DNA of 49,550 bases from a virus (lineage: Duplodnaviria; Caudoviricetes), in the IMG/VR virus record IMGVR_UViG_3300025600_000024, positions 1 through 49,550 of that record, one strand, 5' to 3'. The position numbers were made by a program, and so were the translations under genes. The notes under the pieces are model-generated. The model ran no database searches. It was not told the origin of the DNA and saw nothing but the letters and a program-made list of their open reading frames with translations. Of the stretch, positions 6,846 through 15,474 are shown piece by piece (the stretch's first letter is position 1; each line of letters opens with the position of its first letter).

Positions 6846-8067
6846 ATTTTACCAATTTTAAGGTTTTCCCAGAATTTTCCCACAAGATTTGGTGCTCAGG
6901 TAATTTCACAACTTTAATGACTGGCTTTTTCTTTTTATAGAGCTGATCAATCTTACTTGCTGCCTTTTCCTTTGTGATGTCTAATACATGGGTGTATGTG
7001 GACAAAGTGACATTCACATTGCTATGCCCCAATAATGCCTGGACAGTCTTTGGTTGTTCTCCTAGCTCAAATAACCGGGTGGCGTAGGTGTGCCGGAGAT
7101 CGTGAAAATTCTTTTCTTCTATTCCCATATGCTTATAAATTGTTTTGATCCTCTTCAAAATGTTCCGGCTGTCAAATGGTTTGCCTGAGGATGTACTAAA
7201 AATAAGTGTCTTGTTATCCATTTTCAATTGTAATTTGGCGTACTTTGCCTTTTGCCTGGCATCGTGCAGTTTTAAAAATTCAGCAGTGCGTTCAGGAAGA
7301 GGAATCACCCGACTGGAACTTTTTGTTTTTGTATCAGTAAATTTCCCCACTCTATTTTTATTTTCATCAATTTTCACAAAGCGAAACGATTCATTGATGT
7401 AGATCACGCGCTTTTTATAGTCGATGTCCTCCCAGCGCAGCGCGAAGATTTCCCCCTGGCGCATTCCGGTATCCAGGGCAAGATTGAACATGACTTCGTG
7501 ATCATGCCCTTTTATTAGCTCAATAAATTTAAATTGTTGATCTAAGGTCATTGGGTTCACCCGGTCTATTTTATTCGATTTATCATCCGTATTCTGTGGG
7601 ATCTTCAGGGATGGCGCAAAATTATTGACGATCCGGCCAGTTTCGAGGGCGTACCTCAGGCATGGGGAAATGATCTTATGCATGGATCTCACGATGCTAC
7701 TGCTCTTTTTTTCTTCATAGATCAAATTATAATGTTCTTGCATGTCAGTGGCTTTTAGTTTCCCAATTTGGATTAAGCTTACTCTGTAGCTCTTTACATG
7801 ATTTTTAAAGTTTGCACTATACAACTCAACCGTGGAATCCTTTTTGTCTATTAAATGGACGGTCTTGAGCCAATTATTCATAAAATCCCCGAAGGTTATC
7901 TTGTCGTTGCTGATATTTTTAGATGCTTTTTCCTCAGCGATTGCGACCTTGGCTTTTAAATCTTTTAAAGTCGGCGCGGTCACGTCCTTTGTCTTTTGCG
8001 TCACAGGGTCATAGATCCGGTGCCTAAAATACACTTTCCCATTACGGTTCACTTTGTCATACTTCAT
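6844..8067 (-). CDS. int: Tyrosine integrase
   Basis: TGMRQGE, FHDLRHTYAT, LLGHS and TY catalytic motifs; ATG 8067 has AAGGGAG RBS (ORF track start 8085). Confidence 0.96.
   Translation of the reverse strand: MKYDKVNRNGKVYFRHRIYDPVTQKTKDVTAPTLKDLKAKVAIAEEKASKNISNDKITFGDFMNNWLKTVHLIDKKDSTVELYSANFKNHVKSYRVSLIQIGKLKATDMQEHYNLIYEEKKSSSIVRSMHKIISPCLRYALETGRIVNNFAPSLKIPQNTDDKSNKIDRVNPMTLDQQFKFIELIKGHDHEVMFNLALDTGMRQGEIFALRWEDIDYKKRVIYINESFRFVKIDENKNRVGKFTDTKTKSSSRVIPLPERTAEFLKLHDARQKAKYAKLQLKMDNKTLIFSTSSGKPFDSRNILKRIKTIYKHMGIEEKNFHDLRHTYATRLFELGEQPKTVQALLGHSNVNVTLSTYTHVLDITKEKAASKIDQLYKKKKPVIKVVKLPEHQILWENSGKTLKLVK
6863..6884 (+). repeat. Putative integrase arm-type sites (right arm)
   Basis: GTTTTCCCAGAATTTTCCCACA, matches 6645-6666. 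Confidence 0.65.
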
Positions 8068-8104
8068 TTTTAACGCTCCCTTCATATTTTGGGTACAAAA
8101 ATAC

Positions 8105-8134
8105 CCGCCTCTGTTTCAATAGAGGCGGCTTTTT
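8105..8134. terminator. Bidirectional terminator between membrane-protein gene and int
   Basis: CCGCCTCT..AGAGGCGG stem with T-runs on both strands. Confidence 0.75.
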
Positions 8135-8141
8135 ATTTATA

Positions 8142-8852
8142 TTAGTTTACTGAATAATACTTTGATGCTAATGCCGGAATAGTAATTTCGCCGCCCATCG
8201 TCGATGTATATGTGTATGTCCCAATATAATCGCCCCAAAAGGAAACAATATCCCCATCAAGAACTTGCCCCTGGTCAAAAGTTCCAGAATAACCAATGAG
8301 GACGATCTGATTGTAATCATCATGAAGTTTGAGCCGATATTGAGACTCGGTTTTTCCTTGAGATACTTGTATAATTTCACCAGTCATCACAAGCTTTTTC
8401 CCAATATTTCTATCTGGGAATCTTGCTAATTCATCATATGGAATTTCTTCACACGCTGCTTTATACTCACCAGGTGCAGCGGCCGCTTTTTCAGCCAGTA
8501 TTCTATCAGCCTCTGCTTTATCAGCTGCGGTTTTATCGGCTATTATCTTGTTGGCAGCAGCTTTGTCTGCGATAACCTTTTCTGCGGCTGCTTTTTCTGT
8601 AGGGGTTTGTTCGGCAACCGCCGCCGTCTGAGTTGGGGGTGGGGTTGTTGTTTTGGACGCACCAACACCAAAAACATTACCTAACCACAAAAATGAATAA
8701 AAACCTAAAAACACCGTTAAGACAATCCGGAGTTCCATACTCCCCTTTTTACCGACCCATAATAATGCAATACCAGCTGGCGGAACAAAGATACACACCA
8801 AAACAACAAACCACGTCTTTTGCCAAAAAGGCGCTTTTACTTTTTCTTCCAT
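8142..8852 (-). CDS. Membrane-anchored protein with Ala/Lys-rich stalk and OB-fold-like C-terminal domain; superinfection-exclusion candidate
   Basis: Two N-terminal TM segments, ADKAA repeats, Y.EL.R.PD...GK.....GEIIQV motif; between cI and int. Confidence 0.6.
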   Translation of the reverse strand: MEEKVKAPFWQKTWFVVLVCIFVPPAGIALLWVGKKGSMELRIVLTVFLGFYSFLWLGNVFGVGASKTTTPPPTQTAAVAEQTPTEKAAAEKVIADKAAANKIIADKTAADKAEADRILAEKAAAAPGEYKAACEEIPYDELARFPDRNIGKKLVMTGEIIQVSQGKTESQYRLKLHDDYNQIVLIGYSGTFDQGQVLDGDIVSFWGDYIGTYTYTSTMGGEITIPALASKYYSVN

Positions 8853-8902
8853 TCCTCTTTCCTCCTTTAAAATTTATTTATGTAAAAAGAGAATCACTTC
8901 CC

Positions 8903-9532
8903 TTAATATTTTGTTCTGCTTTCCACTACTCGACCAATAATTTCAATGGGTATATTTTCAACTTCTTCACAGGTATAAAATTTTGGTAAATACACGGGAT
9001 TAAAAGAGATAAGTGATATCCCACTTACATGCTTTATCACTCGTTTCACCGTTGCGTCACTGCCGTTAATAAATACAACCCCGATTTCACCACTTTCAAT
9101 CGTGCTTTGCTTTTTAATGACAACAATGGCTTTCTCTTTTATCTCCGGAGCCATACTATCCCCTTTAATCTCTAAGCAAAAGTAATCGCCTGTTTTTGCC
9201 ATTTCTTCAGATATTTCTTCATAACCAATAATGTTTTCGACTGCTTCGATGGCGATGCCAGCGGCAACCTTCCCCAGGACTGGAATTTGCACGCCTTTTG
9301 TTTTTAATATTTTCGTTTCATCTTCAATCAAGTCTGATTTTTCCACACCAAAATAATTGGCAAGTTTCTCAATGCTGTCTATTCTAGGGTATGTTTTTGC
9401 GTTAATCCAATCAGAAAAAGTTGTTTCTTTAAAATTTAAAAGCTTACATATTTCCGTTTGGCTTTGATTATTTTTAATTAAATACTTTTTAATGTTATTC
9501 GCCATTATAATTTTATTTCCAAGATTACTCAT
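8903..9532 (-). CDS. cI: CI-like repressor (HTH + S24 autopeptidase)
   Basis: N-terminal HTH, VAAG cleavage site, GDSM catalytic Ser, TVKR catalytic Lys. Confidence 0.94.
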   Translation of the reverse strand: MSNLGNKIIMANNIKKYLIKNNQSQTEICKLLNFKETTFSDWINAKTYPRIDSIEKLANYFGVEKSDLIEDETKILKTKGVQIPVLGKVAAGIAIEAVENIIGYEEISEEMAKTGDYFCLEIKGDSMAPEIKEKAIVVIKKQSTIESGEIGVVFINGSDATVKRVIKHVSGISLISFNPVYLPKFYTCEEVENIPIEIIGRVVESRTKY

Positions 9533-9557
9533 TTAAGAATCCTCCTTTTTTTTATTT

Positions 9558-9586
9558 ATTGTATACTTATACCGTATAAAATGCAA
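9558..9586 (-). promoter_or_regulatory. Leftward (repressor) promoter
   Basis: Minus strand TTGCAT-17-TACAAT; spacer contains operator half-site ACCGTA. Confidence 0.7.
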
Positions 9587-9614
9587 GATATATTTATAAT
9601 TCTACGGTTTTGAC

Positions 9615-9642
9615 TTGACAATTCGGATAAACCGTATATAAT
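9615..9642 (+). promoter_or_regulatory. Rightward lytic promoter with operator in the spacer
   Basis: TTGACA-16-TATAAT; spacer contains TTCGGATAAACCGTA (9622-9636). Confidence 0.8.
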
Positions 9643-9677
9643 GGGATTAGGAAAAACATTCAAGAGGAGGTGAAAAC

Positions 9678-9890
9678 ATGGCAATAACATTAAAAGCAGC
9701 TAGAGTAAATAAGAATCTTAGCCAAAAGGAAGCAGCAAAATTATTGAAGTTAAGCGAATATACGCTTTCCAACTACGAAAGGGGAATATCGTTTCCGGAC
9801 GTACCTGTGATTAAAAGGATAGAAGAAATATATGGCTTGAGTTACAACGATATTATTTTTTTATCTGATGACTACGGTTTAACCGAATGA
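9678..9890 (+). CDS. cro: Cro-like HTH protein
   Basis: 70 aa XRE HTH (LKAARVNKNLSQKEAA..YERG), divergent from cI. Confidence 0.9.
   Translation: MAITLKAARVNKNLSQKEAAKLLKLSEYTLSNYERGISFPDVPVIKRIEEIYGLSYNDIIFLSDDYGLTE
9873..9887. promoter_or_regulatory. Distal operator copy at the end of cro
   Basis: TACGGTTTAACCGAA; reverse complement is 14/15 identical to 9622-9636. Confidence 0.7.
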
Positions 9891-10050
9891 TATAGGGGGT
9901 AGAAAAATGACTCAAGGTTTTCTTCATGTGTTGAACTTAAAACTTTATCAATATCAATCATAACATTCACCTCCTTTCTGAAATTATTATACCTGAATAG
10001 AGGAAAAAGAAACACGAACAATAAGTTGATTAATTAGAAAGGAGAAATAA

Positions 10051-10236
10051 ATGCCTAACATAGTGAATAAATCACAAGCGATGAAGGTTTTCGGAATTGG
10101 CGGCGTAAAGATGTTGGCATTATTACAAGAGCCGGATTGTCCAGCAATCAAAGAAGGAAAGGGATGGCTTATAAATATAGATGCGATGTGGCCGTGGTTA
10201 ATGGAGCGAAAAAAGAAAAATCAGAAAATAAACTAG
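10051..10236 (+). CDS. Excisionase-like winged-HTH protein
   Basis: 61 aa, basic; A...FGIG...P.IK.G..WLI pattern. Confidence 0.6.
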   Translation: MPNIVNKSQAMKVFGIGGVKMLALLQEPDCPAIKEGKGWLINIDAMWPWLMERKKKNQKIN

Positions 10237-10260
10237 GAGAAGAGAAAGTGGGAAACTGAA

Positions 10261-10515
10261 TTGAACGTTGATACAAATGAATTATTTCTAAAGTGTAACA
10301 AACAGGAAATGGGCGAATTAAAGAAAAAACATGGTGAAGATCTTAAAGAGGTACCAGAGCATTTGGAAGCAGAGGCAAATATTCTTTTAGATGGTCAGGA
10401 TTATGTCAAACTGGAAGACACGGTTAAAGGCCCCTTAATAAATTGGGCAAAGAAACAAAAAAAGAAGAACAAAAGAAAGATTGCAAATAAGTCTAAAAAA
10501 GCAAATAGAAGCTAG
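10261..10515 (+). CDS. Hypothetical protein
   Basis: ORF in early operon, basic tail; TTG start uncertain. Confidence 0.6.
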   Translation: MNVDTNELFLKCNKQEMGELKKKHGEDLKEVPEHLEAEANILLDGQDYVKLEDTVKGPLINWAKKQKKKNKRKIANKSKKANRS

Positions 10516-10529
10516 GAGGCTAAAATCAA

Positions 10530-11303
10530 TTGAATAAGAAGATGATCATTGAGTTGCTGCAGGAAAAAGTGATTTTACAGGGCGTGGAGCTAAAGGGAAA
10601 AAATATCTTATTAAGCCAGGCAATAAAAAGCGGTATTGCAAACAGCATCGCAGAAACTACCAGAAATCTGCATTCACAGTCTGCCTTTGAAAATATAAAA
10701 GAACTTCTTTCAAAAGTTTGTGACACCGCCATGGACGACCGTGAGGATTTTTGGAACATCGCTAATACTCTAAAAGAAAAAGAAGTATCCGCTCAAAACG
10801 AACTAGGAGCCTTCAAGGCCAAAGTCGACAAAGCAGACAAGCAGAATGAGTTTAATGAAAATATTATTGCTGATTTAAAAAATATGAACCTTGATCTCCT
10901 GTATGAACAAAATCAACTTAAGAGTTCTGTAGTTCAAAGCAATAAAGATATGATTAATCCTAAACCTCCAATTCCTTTTGTTGGTTTGCCCCTGATATTA
11001 CCTATTGGTGAGGATCCCGAATCTGTAAGAAGGCCGCCCATTGTAGCTAAGAATCCCGAAATCAAAGAACAAATTCCGGAAAATGGTTACACCGAAATAA
11101 CCGAACAATTAAAAGATAGAAAATACAAAGTTTTGCCTTTAGGTAACGGGGTCGTCGGTAGAAAACAAGGATGCACCGCAATCGAATGTTATAAATCTAG
11201 TGCTCAAGCAGAAATTCAATTTATTGTTAACGGCGAACCAACCAGAGATCTTGAAGTAGCCCTGGAACGCAGCAGGTCAAAGAATCATAAAAAGGAGGCC
11301 TAA
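10530..11303 (+). CDS. Hypothetical coiled-coil protein
   Basis: AGGAGG RBS before TTG; 257 aa. Confidence 0.7.
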   Translation: MNKKMIIELLQEKVILQGVELKGKNILLSQAIKSGIANSIAETTRNLHSQSAFENIKELLSKVCDTAMDDREDFWNIANTLKEKEVSAQNELGAFKAKVDKADKQNEFNENIIADLKNMNLDLLYEQNQLKSSVVQSNKDMINPKPPIPFVGLPLILPIGEDPESVRRPPIVAKNPEIKEQIPENGYTEITEQLKDRKYKVLPLGNGVVGRKQGCTAIECYKSSAQAEIQFIVNGEPTRDLEVALERSRSKNHKKEA

Positions 11304-11306
11304 AAT

Positions 11307-11492
11307 ATGGAACATGAATACACGATGTTAGAGCAAGAATTAATAAACTGGTATCACAATCTTTTAGGACAACAGTCGCTTTTAACAGAGTCAGCAAACA
11401 GTTTTCCCTTTAGAAACGCCGCTTGGGGCGAAAGCAAACAGGTTGATGAGGCGGTTGCAAGATTGGAATTATTGTTAGGAGTGAAAAAATGA
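11307..11492 (+). CDS. Hypothetical protein
   Basis: AAGGAGG RBS; coupled to next gene. Confidence 0.7.
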   Translation: MEHEYTMLEQELINWYHNLLGQQSLLTESANSFPFRNAAWGESKQVDEAVARLELLLGVKK

Positions 11493-12097
11493 ACAAAGAT
11501 CTGTACATTGAATTTTTAGAAGGTAAAATTGACAGTTCAGAATATATCCAAGAAAGCTTGAAAAAAACGCTCGATGCCAGTACCGATCAGATCATTTCTA
11601 TGTCAATCAATAATAACACACTAAAAGAGCTTCAAGAACAAGTGGAAAAACTAACCGCCGACAATGATTGTCAATATAGGTATGGCCAAGAACTTGCAAG
11701 GATAGGTGCTATTCGATGCAAAAAAATCACCGAACAGAATACACACGTGATGGATCTTGAAAAACAGCATGATATAGATATCGCGCATATTTGTGAATTA
11801 GAAGGCAAAATTAAACCTCTGGCTGACATGATCTTTACTCAAAATAAATACATAAGGGGTTACAAAACCACAGAGATTGGACTTACCGCTATTATTAACC
11901 GAAAAGATCTCAGCATTGAAAAGCTTATTAATGAGACAAAATGCCTTAAGTCACAGAGTAAAGAAGCCCTTAACAACTCCAAGGAATTCAGTGAAAAACA
12001 TTGTAAGTACCTGGATGACCAAATATCGGAGCTTAATAGCGTGATTACAGGGCTAGGCCTTGCGATTGTCAAATTAACCAAAGATCAGACAAAATGA
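11489..12097 (+). CDS. Hypothetical coiled-coil protein
   Basis: ATGA overlap, AGGAG RBS. Confidence 0.7.
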   Translation: MNKDLYIEFLEGKIDSSEYIQESLKKTLDASTDQIISMSINNNTLKELQEQVEKLTADNDCQYRYGQELARIGAIRCKKITEQNTHVMDLEKQHDIDIAHICELEGKIKPLADMIFTQNKYIRGYKTTEIGLTAIINRKDLSIEKLINETKCLKSQSKEALNNSKEFSEKHCKYLDDQISELNSVITGLGLAIVKLTKDQTK

Positions 12098-12285
12098 CAA
12101 AAATCATTCTTGGCGGATCAGTTGGATGCGGATGCAGCGAAAGTTATTTAAACTGGCTGCTGAATGAAGAGGATGGAAAGAAAGAGTTTAAAAACATTGC
12201 CCAGGCTATTAACTGCTTGGAGGATCACGGCTTTAACCCCTGTGAGATTGCGTGTTTCCAATTTATAGAAATTAAGGAGAATTAA
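12094..12285 (+). CDS. Hypothetical protein
   Basis: ATGA overlap; LNWLLNEEDG.KEF motif. Confidence 0.6.
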   Translation: MTKIILGGSVGCGCSESYLNWLLNEEDGKKEFKNIAQAINCLEDHGFNPCEIACFQFIEIKEN

Positions 12286-12287
12286 TC

Positions 12288-12713
12288 ATGAAATGGACCC
12301 CTGAACAATTGGAACAACTTAAAATTATGTGCATGGCTGATGTAGGAAACAAAGAAATGGCAAAACAGTTTGACGTGCCAATCAATGAGATCCATGCCAA
12401 ACGCAGCCAGTTAGATTTAACCAAAGCCAAATGTTTGGCAATTCTGAAACAAGATGAAAAGCCGAAGACAAAAATGATAGAAACCTTTGAGGCCGTGGAT
12501 ATGACAATCAAGGCCTATATACTGCAGTGTGAAAACCCTCCGGACAAAATTGATGATGAAGACACGCCGATAGTTGGCATTTTCAATAATGGTTTTGTAA
12601 TAGTTGATATTGTCGCCGGCACAACAACCATTAAAGTAAAAGGTGGAACACCTATATGCTTTAAAGATTTTGACATTTCAATCTTTGAAAAATATGAGGT
12701 AGTTGATGACTAA
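12288..12713 (+). CDS. Hypothetical protein with N-terminal Myb/GcrA-like HTH
   Basis: MKWTPEQLEQLK...EMAKQF pattern; AAGGAG RBS. Confidence 0.65.
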   Translation: MKWTPEQLEQLKIMCMADVGNKEMAKQFDVPINEIHAKRSQLDLTKAKCLAILKQDEKPKTKMIETFEAVDMTIKAYILQCENPPDKIDDEDTPIVGIFNNGFVIVDIVAGTTTIKVKGGTPICFKDFDISIFEKYEVVDD

Positions 12714-12924
12714 ATTAGAACAAAGCACGATTTTGGAACAGCTCTGGGAGGGCGTGAACCTGAATGATTTCAGAGACGAAATAAAAAAGCTTGCCCATGC
12801 TCCTACCAAAGACATGCAAGTCAGCTTAATGGAAAAATTGATCGAAGGTTTCCCACCAAAACATGAAGACTATCAGGGATTAAAATCACAAGTTGAAAAG
12901 GCTATTGTTGATTCAAAAAAATAA
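12703..12924 (+). CDS. Hypothetical protein
   Basis: GAGG RBS; start 12703 or 12706. Confidence 0.6.
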   Translation: MMTKLEQSTILEQLWEGVNLNDFRDEIKKLAHAPTKDMQVSLMEKLIEGFPPKHEDYQGLKSQVEKAIVDSKK

Positions 12925-13011
12925 AAAATCCCCTATCGTTGGCGCGATATGTGGGGATTCAAAAAAAATACTTATTACTATTATATATCCAATTTGAAAG
13001 GATGTAAACAA

Positions 13012-13179
13012 ATGAATATCTGTGAAAGAGTCAGTTGTGGTAATTGGTCAAATAAATTTAAAAATAAATGTGATGTGATGACAGCAGTTCCTCTTTTGAA
13101 ATGTGACAGTTACATGAGCAAAGAGGCAAAGGACAAACTGGAAAAGATTATTAATAAAGCAAGAAATGAAGGAATGTAA
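13012..13179 (+). CDS. Small Cys-containing hypothetical protein
   Basis: AAAGGA RBS precedes ATG 13012 (preferred over 12949). Confidence 0.55.
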   Translation: MNICERVSCGNWSNKFKNKCDVMTAVPLLKCDSYMSKEAKDKLEKIINKARNEGM

Positions 13180-13228
13180 CTCATAAACCTATTTACTTAC
13201 TATACCACAAAAGGAGACTTTTAAACAT

Positions 13229-13480
13229 ATGGAATTAAAAAAGAGACAGCCAATAATGCATATTCCGTACAATTACAGCACCAAAAACGTAAAAGAATTA
13301 TTAAAAAAGAACAATTTCGAAATAAGACAAAGTGGTTATATGTACTACTGTAATAAGCCAGAGGCGAAGGAAATTGTTTTTCGTGAAACCTTCGAAGGAC
13401 GACACATATTTTATGTAGATAAGGATTACCGTCACACCGTAAGTCAAGCATTGCTCCTGTCTGCAGAGAAGGTGAGCTAA
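13229..13480 (+). CDS. Hypothetical protein
   Basis: AAGGAG RBS, 83 aa. Confidence 0.65.
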   Translation: MELKKRQPIMHIPYNYSTKNVKELLKKNNFEIRQSGYMYYCNKPEAKEIVFRETFEGRHIFYVDKDYRHTVSQALLLSAEKVS

Positions 13481-13825
13481 TGCCGGATGTGGTGATGATC
13501 AGAGGTGAACCATTTGTAATAAGTAACCTTGAAGATTTTGAAGGGCCTGTGATTGAACACCTGGGAATATATTCAGGCTTATGCCGGGAACGTTGAGGCT
13601 CTGGAAGAAGAGAACCAAGAATTAAGAAATTATATAGAAAGACTTGAGTGTGAAGAAAGGGTTGAGGGTTCTCAAATTAAATTTGAATGCACAAGAAATT
13701 GCCCGGAACTTGATATTGATAATGAGAAGCATTGTCAAACAAATAGTCCGTTTGAAAATATTACTTGCCCCACAGGACAAAAACCGGAGTGGGCGAAAAT
13801 TAAAAATTTAGAAATGGAGAAAATA
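13480..13825 (+). pseudogene. Possibly frameshifted small gene(s)
   Basis: Coupled ATG 13480 ORF stops at 13596 while a coiled-coil-like frame opens at ~13553 without an RBS. Confidence 0.35.
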
Positions 13826-14308
13826 ATGGATATCAATTTAAACATAACAGGATTAGACGGAATAGTGGCGGTATTAAGAGACTTTTTAGGGGCAAAACCA
13901 GTCGCACAAAATTTTACCCCTCGGGATCAGACAATAACAGCTGCAACCCTGGGAACACAATTACAGCCGGCGTCGGCTCCACCCGCACAATACAACCCTG
14001 ATACCGTAGACGCTGCCTTTCCGGTTTATGCACCTCCTGTAAACCAACAAGCACCGGCACCCCAAGGGCAGCAGGCTCCTGCACAGCAACAAGCTCCACC
14101 AGCAGTACAGCAAGGGGTACCCGTTTCAGATATTTGTTACACCTCTGAGCAATTAGCCCAGGCCGGATCACAATTATGTGATGATGGAAAAATTCAAGCT
14201 TTACAGGGACTCTTTAAAAAATATAACATCCCTTACCTGATGCAGTTACCCAAAGAACAGTATGGTGCTTTTGCCACTGATCTTAGAGCTTTAGGAGCAA
14301 AATTATGA
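13826..14308 (+). CDS. Conserved phage replication-module protein with P/Q/A-rich linker
   Basis: GGAG RBS before ATG 13826; C-terminus QLPKEQYGAFATDLRALGA typical of the gene upstream of DUF2800. Confidence 0.7.
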   Translation: MDINLNITGLDGIVAVLRDFLGAKPVAQNFTPRDQTITAATLGTQLQPASAPPAQYNPDTVDAAFPVYAPPVNQQAPAPQGQQAPAQQQAPPAVQQGVPVSDICYTSEQLAQAGSQLCDDGKIQALQGLFKKYNIPYLMQLPKEQYGAFATDLRALGAKL

Positions 14309-15459
14309 GCCATGCGTTATTAAATGCCAGTGGAGCAAGTCGGTGGCTTAATTGTCCTCCGAGTGCCCGGCTGGAAGAACAGTTCCCAGACTCCACGAGT
14401 GAGGCAGCAGCAGAGGGAACTCTTGCCCATGCCCTGGGAGAACTAAAGCTTCAAAAGTATTTTACACCGATGTCAAAGGCAATGTACACCAAACGGCACA
14501 ATAAGATTATAAAGGATCCACTCTATACCAAAGAGATGGAAAATTACACCGATGAATACCTGGACTATGTTAAGGGGGCGGTGTTGTCCTTCAAATCAGC
14601 GCCACACGTAGTCATTGAAAAGAAGGTTGACTATTCCAACTACGCCCCTGAAGGATTCGGAACCGCTGATTGTATTATCGTCGGAGAAAATACTCTTTAT
14701 GTAATTGACCTAAAATATGGTAAAGGTGTACCGGTGTACTCCAATAAAAATTTTCAAATGCGTTTATACGGCCTGGGAGCCATGAGGGAATACAGTTTGT
14801 TCTATGACATAAAAAACGTGAACATGGTCATTATCCAGCCACGCCTGGATAATGTTTCATTATCCGAAATGGAAGCCCCGGTGTTATTAAACTGGGCAAC
14901 CGCTTTTGTTAAGCCCCTGGCAGATTTAGCCTTTGCAGGCGCCGGGATATTTACCTCCGGAGATCATTGCCGTTTTTGTCGGGCGAAAGCCCAGTGTCGT
15001 GAACGATCTGAAAATAATTTGTTATTGGAAGAATTCAAAATGGCCAAACCCCCCTTGATCACGAATAAGGAAGTGGGAGAAATTTTATTAAAGGCTCGGG
15101 ATCTGGCAAAGTGGGCCAAAGATCTTGAAGACTTTGCACTTTCCGCTTGTTTACGCGGTGAGGATGTTCTGGGATGGAAGGCCGTGGAAGGAAGGTCAAA
15201 CAGATGCTTTACTGATATAGATGCCGCATTCAAGAAATTAATAGCCGATGGCGTGAAAGAAGAAATATTGTATATCAGAAAACCGATCACTTTAACCGAA
15301 ACAGAAAAATTGATTGGTAAAAAAGAATTTACTGAAAGTATGGCGGATTTTGTGATTAAACCACCAGGTAAACCAGCACTAGCCATAGCAACCGATAAAA
15401 GAGATCCAATTACACTACAAAATAATGCAAGTGAAGACTTTGCAAATATAGAAATTTAA
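14305..15459 (+). CDS. DUF2800 family Cas4-like PD-(D/E)XK exonuclease
   Basis: HALL.ASGA.RWLNCPPS, GFGTADC, IDLKYGKG, HCRFC.AK..C. Confidence 0.9.
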   Translation: MSHALLNASGASRWLNCPPSARLEEQFPDSTSEAAAEGTLAHALGELKLQKYFTPMSKAMYTKRHNKIIKDPLYTKEMENYTDEYLDYVKGAVLSFKSAPHVVIEKKVDYSNYAPEGFGTADCIIVGENTLYVIDLKYGKGVPVYSNKNFQMRLYGLGAMREYSLFYDIKNVNMVIIQPRLDNVSLSEMEAPVLLNWATAFVKPLADLAFAGAGIFTSGDHCRFCRAKAQCRERSENNLLLEEFKMAKPPLITNKEVGEILLKARDLAKWAKDLEDFALSACLRGEDVLGWKAVEGRSNRCFTDIDAAFKKLIADGVKEEILYIRKPITLTETEKLIGKKEFTESMADFVIKPPGKPALAIATDKRDPITLQNNASEDFANIEI

Positions 15460-15474
15460 GGGAGAAATAGCATT

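Noticed and set aside
14305-15459. Cas4 as part of a CRISPR system
   Set aside because: DUF2800 sits in the usual SSB-PolA module; no array or other cas genes seen.
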